The position numbers and the translations under genes were made by a program. From Candidatus Woesearchaeota archaeon (GTDB taxonomy: Archaea; Nanobdellota; Nanobdellia; SCGC-AAA011-G17; PNOQ01): a DNA stretch of 64,000 nucleotides. The stretch spans positions 14,502 to 78,501 of the forward strand of contig JABIBT010000021.1 of NCBI GenBank assembly GCA_018652625.1, given 5' to 3'. Below, in pieces: positions 29,623-39,981 of the stretch (position 1 is its first letter; each line of letters begins with the position of its first letter). Below the pieces are notes generated by a model. The model did not search any database. It was not told the DNA's origin and saw only the letters and a list, made by a program, of their open reading frames with translations.

Positions 29623-30714
29623 GTTGTAGAGTTCTAAATATTTTTTAGTTATTAGTTTTACATCGAACTGTTTTGATTTTTTATAACCGTTTAAAGCTAT
29701 TTTATCTCTTAGTTTTTTATTGTTTAGCAATTTTATTATTTTCTCAGTTAGGTCCTTTACATCTCTTGGTTTGGTTAATATTATTTCTTTGTCTTTTTCA
29801 AAAATTTCGTTTAGTTCTGGCAAGTCAGAGGAAATTACTGCTGTTCCGCAGGACATGCTTTCTAAGATGCAAGAAGGATTACTTTCTGTTGCTTGTAGAT
29901 TGGGGTAAGGCAATACAACAAGTTCAGATTTATTTATGTATTCTGGGATGTTGGCTTGCTTTACAATGAGATTAAGATGTTTTGAAATTTCTGGGTTTTT
30001 CAATAATTCTTTATAGTGCGGTTTTATTTTTGTTGGTTTGATTACAAAATAGAATTTTACTTTTGTTTCTTTAGCTATTTTTGGGATTGATTTAAGCAAA
30101 TATGTTGCTCCCTTTCTGTCTACTAATGGTCCGTAATAAAGTACTATTTTTTCTTTCTTTGTTTTTGTTTTTTTGAAATATTCAGTATCTATGTGGGAAT
30201 TTATTATTCTTATTTTATTATTTTTTATCCCTTCTTTGATTAATTTTTGTTTTGTGATATTTGATTGAACTGTTATTGTATCACTGAAGTTTAGAATTCT
30301 TGTTAGAACGTTCCATTTTGTTTTTTTTGGTGTTGATTTTATAGAATGGACTAGCTTTGCTCTCTTTGAAGCTTTTTTAGCTAATAAACCTCTTAAAACA
30401 AGTAATGGAGAAGAGCTGAAATTATGAATTATATCAAACTTTAATCCCTTCTTTTCTAAATATTTAATTGATTTTGGAAATGCTGTAAAATAGTTTAGGA
30501 TTTTGTTTGGTTCTGTGTTTTTACTTTTTCCGTATAGTCTATAGACTTTTATCCCTTCAACAACTTCTTCTGATACCAGATGTTTTCTTTTATCTGAAAT
30601 TATTACTACATTGTGGCCTAATTTTTTTAATTCTTTAGCTAAGAGTAAGACTGTTACTTTTGTTGCTTCTCTTATTCTTATATCGAATCCAGTTAGTAAT
30701 AGTGCTATGTTCAT
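29605..30714 (-). CDS. GT4 glycosyltransferase
   Basis: ESNPSCILESMSCGTAVI; RKG motif. Confidence 0.85.
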   Translation of the reverse strand: MNIALLLTGFDIRIREATKVTVLLLAKELKKLGHNVVIISDKRKHLVSEEVVEGIKVYRLYGKSKNTEPNKILNYFTAFPKSIKYLEKKGLKFDIIHNFSSSPLLVLRGLLAKKASKRAKLVHSIKSTPKKTKWNVLTRILNFSDTITVQSNITKQKLIKEGIKNNKIRIINSHIDTEYFKKTKTKKEKIVLYYGPLVDRKGATYLLKSIPKIAKETKVKFYFVIKPTKIKPHYKELLKNPEISKHLNLIVKQANIPEYINKSELVVLPYPNLQATESNPSCILESMSCGTAVISSDLPELNEIFEKDKEIILTKPRDVKDLTEKIIKLLNNKKLRDKIALNGYKKSKQFDVKLITKKYLELYNSLLSN

Positions 30715-30760
30715 TTCTTAAGGAAAATTCATAACTTATATAAATCTTATTAAAGAATAT

Positions 30761-31822
30761 CTATTCCAATAATTCTTTTGATATAGGATCAAATTTCCTG
30801 AGATCTTCTTTTAATCTTTTCCCTACAACTTCTTCGTATTTCTCAGAAGGCAAACCGTTTAAGTGGGCCTGTGGACGCATTGCGTATAACATATCTGCTG
30901 TTATTATTGTTCCTTCTCTTAAGTCTTGACTGGCTACAAGTGTTTTTCTGAATAAAGGTCTAAATACAGATTCTCCTTCCTGTAGAAGATTTTCTTGAAC
31001 TCCCATGCTTTTTTCAAGCATCCTTGTTCCATCTACTAATTTTTTTAGTTCTTCTGGGAGTAAAGAAACTTTATGGTCTGAGCCCCAATGTTCCCTATCA
31101 AATGAGAAATGTTTTTCTATTATTCTTGCTCCCATTACAACTGCAGCTAGAGCTGAGTCTATTCCTACTGAGTGATCTGAAAATCCTATAATTAGAGTAG
31201 GATACTTTTTTTGAAAATGTTTTATTGTTCCTAAATTTAATTCTTCTGGTGGGCATGGATATTTTGAAACACAATGTAGAAGTGCTACTTCTGCTCCTCT
31301 TTTTCTTAAGAAATTTAGAGACATCTCTGTTTCTTCTTCTGTGCTCATTCCAGATGAAAATATGATTGGTTTTCCTGTTGATGCAATGTAATCAAGAGTT
31401 ACAAAGTCTAGAATGTCCCCAGAACCGACCTTCCATAGTTCTACTCCTAGTTCATTTAGTTTTTGTGCTGCCTTTTTGCTCATTGGAGTTGAAAAGAAGA
31501 TTATTCCTATTTCATCACAATATTGTTTCAAAGGTTTCCAGAATTGTTCTAAGGGGGTGGCTTCAGTGTTTCTTTTTACCCAATTATATCTATCTGATCC
31601 TTGAAAGTGTGGAGAAGTTACATCAATATTTGCTTGTTCGTCTTCTACTTCGTGAGTTTGGAATTTTACAGCATCTGCCCCTGCATCTTTTACTGCCTTG
31701 ATTAATCTCTTTGCTCTGCTTAGATAGACTTCTATAGGGAGAACTTCTTCTTCTTGAATAAAATTTTTACCTATATCTGCTATTATGAATACTTTTTCTG
31801 AAGTTAGTTCTTTCAAATTCAC
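30761..31822 (-). CDS. neuB: Nonulosonic acid synthase (NeuB family) with SAF domain
   Basis: GADAVKFQT, STP, KVGSGD, LHCVSKYP, GFSDH, EKHF; atypical N-terminal ADIGKNF. Confidence 0.85.
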   Translation of the reverse strand: MNLKELTSEKVFIIADIGKNFIQEEEVLPIEVYLSRAKRLIKAVKDAGADAVKFQTHEVEDEQANIDVTSPHFQGSDRYNWVKRNTEATPLEQFWKPLKQYCDEIGIIFFSTPMSKKAAQKLNELGVELWKVGSGDILDFVTLDYIASTGKPIIFSSGMSTEEETEMSLNFLRKRGAEVALLHCVSKYPCPPEELNLGTIKHFQKKYPTLIIGFSDHSVGIDSALAAVVMGARIIEKHFSFDREHWGSDHKVSLLPEELKKLVDGTRMLEKSMGVQENLLQEGESVFRPLFRKTLVASQDLREGTIITADMLYAMRPQAHLNGLPSEKYEEVVGKRLKEDLRKFDPISKELLE

Positions 31823-31912
31823 CTTAATATGGAGATTTTTATTTTGTTTATAAGTGTTATGAAGAACTACCTTTTAGTAAATCTTTTAAATCTTCTATCT
31901 TTCCTCTTTTTT

Positions 31913-32989
31913 ATGGTTGAAGAGTCATTGTTAGAGGTTATGAAAGATACCGCTAGTTATTTTGGGCGTAGTGGTGTAATAGATTATGTAGAAGATATTG
32001 GCAAAAAGTTCAATGGCAAGAGAAATGAGACCCACCTTATAGAAATTGGAATGGTAAGGAGATTTCCATTCGTTTGGAAAAGGTTTGTTGAAGACTTTTC
32101 TAAGGAACAGGTTTTATTTCAAATAGAAATTTCTGATGCTTTAAAAAAGGAAGGTATATTGACTCCCGTATTTTATGGAAGAAATGATTGGAAAAGAATT
32201 TATGAAAGAGATGGCAGAAATATTGTTTTGCAACAGTATCTTCCTTCAGAACAGATTCAGGATGCTAGTTTAGAACAATGTGTTTCTGCTGTTGAGATGC
32301 ATGGAAGGTTTATGAAAGCACTTGAAGGAAAGGAGTTTGAATATGCTCAATATGCTCCTAGTAGAAAAGGGATTGTTGCTGCTAGAGAAGAACTTACTCG
32401 GTTGTTAGATGCTGAATTGATTGAAGGTACTGGCACGTCTAGAGAAGAAGAAAAAAGAATAAAGGGAGATGAAATTCCTAGATTATTAAATTTATCTAAT
32501 GAATTAAAGCAATATGATTCTGAAGAGGGAGTTTCTATGATACATGGAGATTTTCAATGGAAAAATATAGGTTATGTTGGTGGCAAAGCCGAAATTATTT
32601 ATGATTTTGATCAAGTTAGGTTAGATTTACCAAGTGCAGATTTAGCACATACTATTGATATGTTTACTATAAAAAGACAAGAAAAAGATTATGACCCAAA
32701 TGCACCAACCGGAGCATTTAGATTCTCTCCATATGAAGTGAATTATGAAAAAGCCGAAGCTTTAGTAAATATTTTAAGAGATAAAGGAATTTTTTCTGAT
32801 GAAGAAATAGCTAAGATGCCAGAGTCTTTAGCCATTTGGACTTTGAATGGTTTGGCTATGCACTATCATTATGGTATGGAAGTTCCTACAATGGGGCATA
32901 AGAAGTTGTCTAGAGAGTTTATGTTACAGACTAGATTGAATGCATGTTTAAATAATGAAAAGTTTAGAGGAATTTTTAAAGATGCTTAA
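31913..32989 (+). CDS. APH/choline-kinase-like phosphotransferase
   Basis: IHGDFQWKN and IYDFD motifs; start moved to leaderless ATG 31913. Confidence 0.7.
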   Translation: MVEESLLEVMKDTASYFGRSGVIDYVEDIGKKFNGKRNETHLIEIGMVRRFPFVWKRFVEDFSKEQVLFQIEISDALKKEGILTPVFYGRNDWKRIYERDGRNIVLQQYLPSEQIQDASLEQCVSAVEMHGRFMKALEGKEFEYAQYAPSRKGIVAAREELTRLLDAELIEGTGTSREEEKRIKGDEIPRLLNLSNELKQYDSEEGVSMIHGDFQWKNIGYVGGKAEIIYDFDQVRLDLPSADLAHTIDMFTIKRQEKDYDPNAPTGAFRFSPYEVNYEKAEALVNILRDKGIFSDEEIAKMPESLAIWTLNGLAMHYHYGMEVPTMGHKKLSREFMLQTRLNACLNNEKFRGIFKDA

Positions 32990-33746
32990 TGAAGTTAGAG
33001 GAACTTATGAGGGAAAAAAAGTTGCAATTCTTGGTTCTGGTCCATCACTTACTGATTTTTTTGAAAGAAATGAAGATTTGGTTATAGGTGTTAATGGTGC
33101 TGGCAAATTATTAGAATGTGGCGATTATTTTTTTTCCGCAGATCAAGCTGCTCATTTAAGGTCATGGTTTTTGGATTTAAGTCCCGGGGTTATTAGTACT
33201 TTAAGATGTATTTCTGCAATATATTCCGATAGTTTTTTTTCAGATAAACAAAGAATACAGCCGTTTATAGATGAATATGAAAATTATATGAGAGAACATC
33301 CTGAGTTTGTTAAACCTACTGCTCATCCAGAAGTTAGTTATATTGGAGCAGGTACTGGCGGTGCTTGGTGGTTGGATGCTTTTGGAAAAAGAGTTCCAGA
33401 GCCGAGATATCCTAATTTGATGTTAAGAACAATTACAAAAAATGAACCAGTTGGATTAAATCAAAGAACAATAAATAGTGGTGGAACAAGCTCCGCGGGA
33501 GCTATGCAGATGGCTGCCGTTTTGGGAGCAAAGGAGATTCACTTGTATGGTGTGGAGTTTAGTAATGATACTTCTGAAAAAACCCATGGTAAGAATTATT
33601 TTTATGAACCTGCTTCTGGAGAGCTTGGAAAGACTACAGATAAACAATTAGCAAACATGGATGGGATGGTTGATGAATTAATGAATCAAAATATTTTAGT
33701 TTTTTCTCATGGTCCAACTAGATTAGAAAATACAATTAAAGCTTAA
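32955..33746 (+). CDS. Maf/DUF115-like (sialyltransferase-related fold) protein
   Basis: ILGSGPSL, IGVN, GGTS..AMQMA..LGAKEIHLYGVEF; lies among neu genes. Confidence 0.6.
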   Translation: MKSLEEFLKMLNEVRGTYEGKKVAILGSGPSLTDFFERNEDLVIGVNGAGKLLECGDYFFSADQAAHLRSWFLDLSPGVISTLRCISAIYSDSFFSDKQRIQPFIDEYENYMREHPEFVKPTAHPEVSYIGAGTGGAWWLDAFGKRVPEPRYPNLMLRTITKNEPVGLNQRTINSGGTSSAGAMQMAAVLGAKEIHLYGVEFSNDTSEKTHGKNYFYEPASGELGKTTDKQLANMDGMVDELMNQNILVFSHGPTRLENTIKA

Positions 33747-34459
33747 TTTTTTAGAAGTAATTCTGCTGTTCTAAAATCATGCTCAGTATCAATATTTACA
33801 AAGTTTTCTTTATCCATTACATAAGCAAAACAATGCTTCCCATATAATCCGGCTTCTCCGTGTCCACCGGTTGTCATAATAACTTCTTTTTTTGTTAAAT
33901 ATATTGCTCCGTTTCTGTAATATGTTTTTGGTAAAAGTTGCCTTCTTGTTTTGAAGTCTTTTATATTTGAATCGTATTTGTTCATGAATAGTTTTATTTC
34001 ATTACTCTCATCCAAAGATATTTGCCATAATGGACTAAAGTGCCCCGGAACCGAATCAACGCTTACTAAAGAATCTGGTTTTTTTTCTTTGAATAATTCA
34101 ACTGCTCCATCTATATCTTCTACTGTCCTAAATGGAGTTGTTGGTTGTAATAACATTACTGCATCAATCTTTTCTCCTTCTTTTTCAAGAGTTTCTACTA
34201 CGTGTTGGATTACTGGAAGGGTTGGAGCTGTATCGCTTGCTAATTCTTCAGGACGCATAATAACTTCTGCACCTAAGTCTCTAGAAATTTGAGCTATTTC
34301 ATCATCTTCTGTAGAAACGATTACTCTGTTTATATTATCTGACTTTTTTGCTTCATCAATAGTATATTGAATTAATGGTTTTCCTGCTAACTCTTTAATA
34401 TTTTTTCTATGAACCCCCTTTGATCCCCCACGTGCAGGTATTACTCCAATTACATTCAT
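33743..34459 (-). CDS. neuA: CMP-nonulosonic acid synthetase
   Basis: IPARGGSKG..KNI, VSTEDDEI, LQPTTPFR, RRQ, NGAIY, NIDTEHD. Confidence 0.9.
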   Translation of the reverse strand: MNVIGVIPARGGSKGVHRKNIKELAGKPLIQYTIDEAKKSDNINRVIVSTEDDEIAQISRDLGAEVIMRPEELASDTAPTLPVIQHVVETLEKEGEKIDAVMLLQPTTPFRTVEDIDGAVELFKEKKPDSLVSVDSVPGHFSPLWQISLDESNEIKLFMNKYDSNIKDFKTRRQLLPKTYYRNGAIYLTKKEVIMTTGGHGEAGLYGKHCFAYVMDKENFVNIDTEHDFRTAELLLKN

Positions 34460-34460
34460 T

Positions 34461-35615
34461 TTAGTAACTTATCCTTTTCTGTACATCCAAATTACATTGA
34501 CTTAAAACTTCCGGTATTACTTTACTTGGAGTACCAGTATAAATTTCTTCAGATTCGTATTTTCCGTGTTCCATTTGTCTTTGAATAGAATTTCTAATTT
34601 GTTCTTGATCGTATCCACAATCTATTACATTTTTTCCCCTTAACCTTCCTGCTTGTCTAGTCCCAATGTTTACAACTGGGATTCCTAGAAATGAGCTTTC
34701 TTTTATTCCAGTTGAGGAGTTTCCGATTAAACATGAACAATGATTGATTAGTCTTGTGTAATCTTCAGAAGAGAGATGTCTAAAAAAGTGTATGTTCCCC
34801 TTTACATCGTTTTCTTCTCTAAAAGTTCTTATTCCCTTTGCTATTTCCTCAGATCCTGCGTCCATGTTTGGCCATAGCCAGATTGTAGGAGTGTCTAAAT
34901 TATTTATTGCTTGAAGAGTATGTTGAATTTGTTTATATCCTTCCCCATATTCGGTTGTTACGGGATGTTGTAACACTACTAAATATTTTCCACTGATATC
35001 TGCCTTTTCTCCCACTCCACCATATCTTTGGTATAGGTCATGTAATGGGGAAAGATCACAATTTTTTATGAATTCTATATCTGGACTTCCAGCTAAAAAT
35101 ATTTTACTTGGATTTTCTCCAAGTTTTACTATTCTTTCTGCTGAATCTCTATTTGTTGGAAAATGAATATGGGATAATTTTGTTATGGCATGTCTTACAC
35201 TTTCATCTATTGAACCGGTCACGTCTCCTCCTTCGATGTGTGCAATTGTTATATTCATATATGATGCTGCTATTGCTGCAGATAAAACTTCGAATCTATC
35301 TCCCCTAACTAAAACAATATCTGGCTGTAAATTATCAAAGACGCTTGAGAATTCTATAATACCAAGTCCTGTTGTTTTTGACATTGAAAGTGGTGTTCCT
35401 CCTTCTATGTTCATTGTTAGTTTTGCATTAATGTGAAATCCATCTTTTTCGATGTCTTTTATTACGTCTCCGTATCTATTCAGAACTGCTGAGGCACCAA
35501 CTATAATTTGAAGTTCAATCGATGAAGTATTTTTTAATTCTCTTAGAATGTGCTTGAATCTACCGTAGTGAGCTCTACTTGTTATAACAACACACACCTT
35601 CCTTTTTTCTTCCAT
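34461..35615 (-). CDS. neuC: Hydrolysing UDP-GlcNAc 2-epimerase
   Basis: GDRFE, HIEGGDVTGSIDESVRHAITKLSH, QHPVT, GNSSTG, GTRQAGR. Confidence 0.9.
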   Translation of the reverse strand: MEEKRKVCVVITSRAHYGRFKHILRELKNTSSIELQIIVGASAVLNRYGDVIKDIEKDGFHINAKLTMNIEGGTPLSMSKTTGLGIIEFSSVFDNLQPDIVLVRGDRFEVLSAAIAASYMNITIAHIEGGDVTGSIDESVRHAITKLSHIHFPTNRDSAERIVKLGENPSKIFLAGSPDIEFIKNCDLSPLHDLYQRYGGVGEKADISGKYLVVLQHPVTTEYGEGYKQIQHTLQAINNLDTPTIWLWPNMDAGSEEIAKGIRTFREENDVKGNIHFFRHLSSEDYTRLINHCSCLIGNSSTGIKESSFLGIPVVNIGTRQAGRLRGKNVIDCGYDQEQIRNSIQRQMEHGKYESEEIYTGTPSKVIPEVLSQCNLDVQKRISY

Positions 35616-35709
35616 TAATGAGGAGGACCCTGATTAATTTATAAAGATTATGAAGGTTCAATAGTAATCTTTAGTAATCTTTATATATCTCTGCTTTTTT
35701 TTCTTTGTA

Positions 35710-36624
35710 ATGGCAAATCTTACTATTGTAAATTACCATTATGTTAGAGATATGCATGAAACTAAGTATCCTGGCATAAAAGGATTTCTAATTAAATACT
35801 TTAAATTTCAAGTTGATTATCTAAGTAAAAAATTTAATATGATTTCTATGAGCCAATATGTTGATTATTTAAATGGTAATGGGGAGATTCCTGAAAATTC
35901 TTGTTTGTTAACTTTTGATGATGGTTTGAAAGACCATTATGAAAATGTTTATCCTGTTTTGAAAGAGAAGGGAATTTCTGGGATGTTTTATCTTATTTCT
36001 CAAACTTTAACTGATTTTAAGGTTCCACATGTCCATAAAGTTCATTTTTTGTTGGATAAATTAGGAAGTGAAAAAATAGCCGGGTTTGCCAATGAATTTT
36101 TTAAAAGTAAAGGAAACGAGGTATTTGAAAAATATAGAATTCATGGAGAGTTTAGAATAAATCCTAAAAGAAGATTTGATGATAATTTGACAGCTAATCT
36201 AAAACAAAATTTAGGAGTTATGCCTTTTTCGCTTAAGGATGAATTATTGAACGATTTATTTTCTGAATGTTTTGAAGAAGAAAAGTTTTGTAAGGAGTTA
36301 TTTTTATCTGAAGAAGAAGTTAAAGAAATGATGGAAAATGGAATGGAATTTGGTAGTCATAGTCATTTTCATAAACAACTGGCTTCTTTGAGTGAGAAAG
36401 AACAAGAAGAAGAATTTGTGAAGTCTACTGAGATTTTAAGAGATAAGTTTGGAAAAATAGACTCTTTTTCTTATCCAAATGGGAGCTATACAGAAGAAGC
36501 AATTGAAATGTTAAAAAAATTAAATTATGTTAGTGCAGTTACTGTTGAGCTTAAGGAAAATGAAGGAAAAGTTAATCCTTTCAAGATAGCAAGATTTGAT
36601 GCCAATGATTTTCCTAAAGAGTAA
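35710..36624 (+). CDS. Polysaccharide deacetylase (NodB/CE4-type)
   Basis: YHYV, LTFDDG, GSHSHFH, FSYPNG. Confidence 0.88.
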   Translation: MANLTIVNYHYVRDMHETKYPGIKGFLIKYFKFQVDYLSKKFNMISMSQYVDYLNGNGEIPENSCLLTFDDGLKDHYENVYPVLKEKGISGMFYLISQTLTDFKVPHVHKVHFLLDKLGSEKIAGFANEFFKSKGNEVFEKYRIHGEFRINPKRRFDDNLTANLKQNLGVMPFSLKDELLNDLFSECFEEEKFCKELFLSEEEVKEMMENGMEFGSHSHFHKQLASLSEKEQEEEFVKSTEILRDKFGKIDSFSYPNGSYTEEAIEMLKKLNYVSAVTVELKENEGKVNPFKIARFDANDFPKE

Positions 36625-36638
36625 GTTTTAAAAATTGA

Positions 36639-37571
36639 ATGGGGGTACATATAAAAATGGATAATAAAGAAATAAAGGGTCCAGATTTTTTGGTCATAGG
36701 TTTACAGAAATGTGGGACTTATTGGATAACCGGGTTGCTTAATAATCATCCAGAAATTAATTGTGTCCCTTCTTTACCCCAGGGGCAGGATGGAATTTTA
36801 GAAGGCCACATATTTGATAATTTAAAATCTATAGATGATGACGGAGGTAAGCATTTTTGTGAGGTTTTTAGTAGGGTACATAATGGGTTTTTTTCAGATT
36901 TAGTCCCAATGTTAGAAAAATTACCAAGACATAAGTTTTATGATTTGATGAAGGAAAGGTATATTGCTTATTGTAATCAATTTAGAACAAAGAGATTGTT
37001 TGGTGAAAAAACTACGGAGTATGTGTGGTGTTTAGATATTATAGATTACTTTTTTTCAGACATAAAAAAATTATGTATTCTCAGAGATGTTAAAGACAGA
37101 ATTGTTTCTTGGCATTTTCATCAGGTTAGGAAAAAAAGGATTCCTGAGGCCCAAGCAGAAACTGTAAGTGATGAACTTATAGCAGATTATTGCAAACGTG
37201 TTAAAAGGGAGTATGGGTCTCTTTTGTTGTATCATAATAATATTCATTGTTTTTCTTATGAGGATATGAAACATGAACCAAAAAAAGTTGTTAAAGAAAT
37301 TCTTAGTTATTTAGATGCCGATGTTAGTGAAGAAATTATAAATGAATTAATTGAGAAAGCATCCTTTGGAAGTTTGACGAAAGTTAGTAAGGTTGGAGGC
37401 GATTATGAGAGAAAGGTAGGTCAAGAGTTGAGAACAAGCCATTTTAGAAAAGGTGTTGTCGGAGATTGGAAAAATTATCTTAAAGAGTATCAATTAGTTT
37501 ATATTAGGGAGCAACTTAAAGAATTACAAGATAAAATAAATCAAAAGTTTGGGTTTAATTTAGAAATTTAA
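36639..37571 (+). CDS. PAPS-dependent sulfotransferase
   Basis: 5'-PSB QKCGTYW, GEKTT, 3'-PB RDVKDRIVS, RKGVVGDWK. Confidence 0.88.
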   Translation: MGVHIKMDNKEIKGPDFLVIGLQKCGTYWITGLLNNHPEINCVPSLPQGQDGILEGHIFDNLKSIDDDGGKHFCEVFSRVHNGFFSDLVPMLEKLPRHKFYDLMKERYIAYCNQFRTKRLFGEKTTEYVWCLDIIDYFFSDIKKLCILRDVKDRIVSWHFHQVRKKRIPEAQAETVSDELIADYCKRVKREYGSLLLYHNNIHCFSYEDMKHEPKKVVKEILSYLDADVSEEIINELIEKASFGSLTKVSKVGGDYERKVGQELRTSHFRKGVVGDWKNYLKEYQLVYIREQLKELQDKINQKFGFNLEI

Positions 37572-38977
37572 TTATCTTTTTCTATTTCCTTTATGTGGTC
37601 GATAATTCCTTCTGTTACTAAATCAAGATTTTTTTCATCATATAATGATTTTTCTAATTTTCCTATGAACTGGAAATTCCCTGGACGGACGGACTTTTTA
37701 AGTGCGACTATAAATTTTAATAATTTTTCATAATCAAATTTAGAATTTAGAGCTTTTTTAAGTGTTTCATTAAATTTGTAAAAATCTCTTATTGGGTAAA
37801 CTAAGCCGGAGCGATCGTAAAATGCTGTTCCAAATGTCAAAACTGGTTTTTGGTGAAGCATTGCTTCCCAACCTGCATTAGAATTTATTGTTATGGTACA
37901 ATCGGCTTTTTCTATTAGATCATGACTACTTATTTTGGGTTTAAGCAGTCTTACATTCTGCATTTTTTTTAGTTTTCTTAATTCTTTTAATGATGTTTCT
38001 CCTGCACCATTGGGATGTTCTTTTACATATAATTTGTATCTTATTGGTAAATGATTAGAAATATTTTGTATAAAACTAATTTGATTAGCATATTGTGGTG
38101 CTCTTACTAAGATGGCCGCATCTGTTGCTCGGTGTAAGGGATAATAAATAAATTTTTCTCCTTCTACTGGTTTTTCATAGAAAATTTTTGTAAATCTTTT
38201 CCTTATTGATCTTGCACCGAGTTCTCCAGCTATTTTTAATAAGTCCGCATAAGGGTTTTTCATCTTTTCTTTTACGAAATTTATATAAAATCGTTTTACT
38301 GTTAGTTTAACATTATCTAGATTTATTGCTGGAGGAATTATAACTAAATTAACTCCTTTCTTTTTTTCTATTGTTTCTTTCATATAATTTTCTGCCCATT
38401 CTCTTTCTTCCTTAGTTAGTAGTTTATCTTGATTTTCTTCCCAATATTTATCTAATAAATAAATTCTACCTATGTGATCTGGAGAGATTGTGAATGTGTT
38501 TGGTAGGGGTTCTACTTTTCCTGATAAATGAATTCCTCCCTGTTTTTTTATTATGGCTCTTGGGACTTCATTTATGAACCTTTCAACCCCTCCAATAATT
38601 AAATCAATGCTATTGGTTTTGAAGTATTTCTCCCAAAATTTAAAATGTTGAACTAATCCAATTAATGCATTTTTTCTTCCTTTTCTAGAGTAGTTTTTAT
38701 CTCCCAGCAAGAGTAAGTTCATACTTGGGATATCATATTTTTTTTCATAGTATTCAAGATAATTATTTAATCTATGTTGCGGATTAAAACTTAAAATATC
38801 ATCTAAGATAAATGTAGCATTTACTCCTCTTTCTTTGAAATAATTCATGCATTCTTTAGAATAGGTTGCATATTGAATTTTATATCCTTTTTTTTCTAGC
38901 CTTTTCCCAAAAGGATAGGTTCTTTCTGCAAATTGTATGGCATTGGATATAAAAAGAATGTTTTTTATTTTTTTCAT
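37568..38977 (-). CDS. Capsule-synthesis (KpsS-like) transferase
   Basis: YYPLH, YVKEHP, TINSNAGWEA..KPV..G.AFY. Confidence 0.7.
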   Translation of the reverse strand: MKKIKNILFISNAIQFAERTYPFGKRLEKKGYKIQYATYSKECMNYFKERGVNATFILDDILSFNPQHRLNNYLEYYEKKYDIPSMNLLLLGDKNYSRKGRKNALIGLVQHFKFWEKYFKTNSIDLIIGGVERFINEVPRAIIKKQGGIHLSGKVEPLPNTFTISPDHIGRIYLLDKYWEENQDKLLTKEEREWAENYMKETIEKKKGVNLVIIPPAINLDNVKLTVKRFYINFVKEKMKNPYADLLKIAGELGARSIRKRFTKIFYEKPVEGEKFIYYPLHRATDAAILVRAPQYANQISFIQNISNHLPIRYKLYVKEHPNGAGETSLKELRKLKKMQNVRLLKPKISSHDLIEKADCTITINSNAGWEAMLHQKPVLTFGTAFYDRSGLVYPIRDFYKFNETLKKALNSKFDYEKLLKFIVALKKSVRPGNFQFIGKLEKSLYDEKNLDLVTEGIIDHIKEIEKDN

Positions 38978-39051
38978 GTGTCTTAGAAGTTTTGATGAGG
39001 ATTTATAAAATTTATCTATTTTTAGTTTCCCAATTTATTTGAGAGGGGGTA

Positions 39052-39633
39052 TTATAATTTAAGATATTTCATTATTTCTTCTACACACCCTTCTACGTTT
39101 TTATCCTTTGTATTTATTGTTATTTCTGGATTTTCCGGAACTTCATAGGAGTGGCTTATTCCTGTGAATTCTTTTAGTTCACCAGATCTTGCTTTTTTAT
39201 ATAGCCCCTTGGTATCCCTTTTTTCACATTCTTCTAGTGGGCAGTCTACATACACTTCAATAAAGTCTTCTCCAGCATAACTTCTTGCTAAATCCCTTTC
39301 TTTTTTTAATGGACTTATGAAGGAAGCTATTGTGAATATTCCAGCGTCATAAAATAATTTTGTCAATTCTGCCAACCTTCTTATGTTTTCTTCCCTATCT
39401 TTTGTTGAGAAGCCCAAATCCTTGTTTAGGCCGTGTCTTACATTATCCCCATCAAGAACATAACTTAGAATTCCTTTTTCGTGTAGTTTTTTCTCTAATT
39501 CAATAGCTATAGTTGACTTTCCAGAGCCAGATAAGCCGGTAAACCAGATTACTTTGTTTTTGGTTTTAGTTAGCTCTAACCTGTTTTCTCTTGAAATTTT
39601 TCTACTGTGCCAAATTATATTTGGTGAAGGCAT
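39052..39633 (-). CDS. cysC: Adenylyl-sulfate kinase
   Basis: WFTGLSGSGKST, LDGDNVRHGL, RDTKGLYKKAR..FTGI; intact motifs. Confidence 0.93.
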   Translation of the reverse strand: MPSPNIIWHSRKISRENRLELTKTKNKVIWFTGLSGSGKSTIAIELEKKLHEKGILSYVLDGDNVRHGLNKDLGFSTKDREENIRRLAELTKLFYDAGIFTIASFISPLKKERDLARSYAGEDFIEVYVDCPLEECEKRDTKGLYKKARSGELKEFTGISHSYEVPENPEITINTKDKNVEGCVEEIMKYLKL

Positions 39634-39654
39634 AAATATAGAGATTTTTATGTT

Positions 39655-39684
39655 TTTTTATAGTTTATGATTTTGTTTTCTATT
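39655..39684. repeat. 30-bp direct repeat, copy 1 (contains cysC TATA)
   Basis: TTTTTATAGTTTATGATTTTGTTTTCTATT, identical to 40794-40823. Confidence 0.85.
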
Positions 39685-39981
39685 GTAGCTAATCTCTCTA
39701 AACTTATATAGACTAATTTATTTTATATATTGCCCCAAATTAATTATTGAATTTATTGTATACTTTATTGAAATATCATAAATATTATTTAATGTATTTA
39801 ATAGCTCTGTTATAGAAACTTATTTAAAACAGAAGAAGTTTGATATAAAGATATATTTTTTAATATAAAAAGAAAAAATGTTTAAATATTTTATAAAATT
39901 TAATAAATTAAGGAAGATGTGAACATGGCTGAAATTAATTTGCCCAAATTTAAAATTATTTGTATTAATGGAGGATAGATA

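Noticed and set aside
39925..39978. 17-aa ORF MAEINLPKFKIICINGG upstream of the cassette methyltransferase
   Set aside because: Too short, no recognisable motif; may be chance or a remnant.
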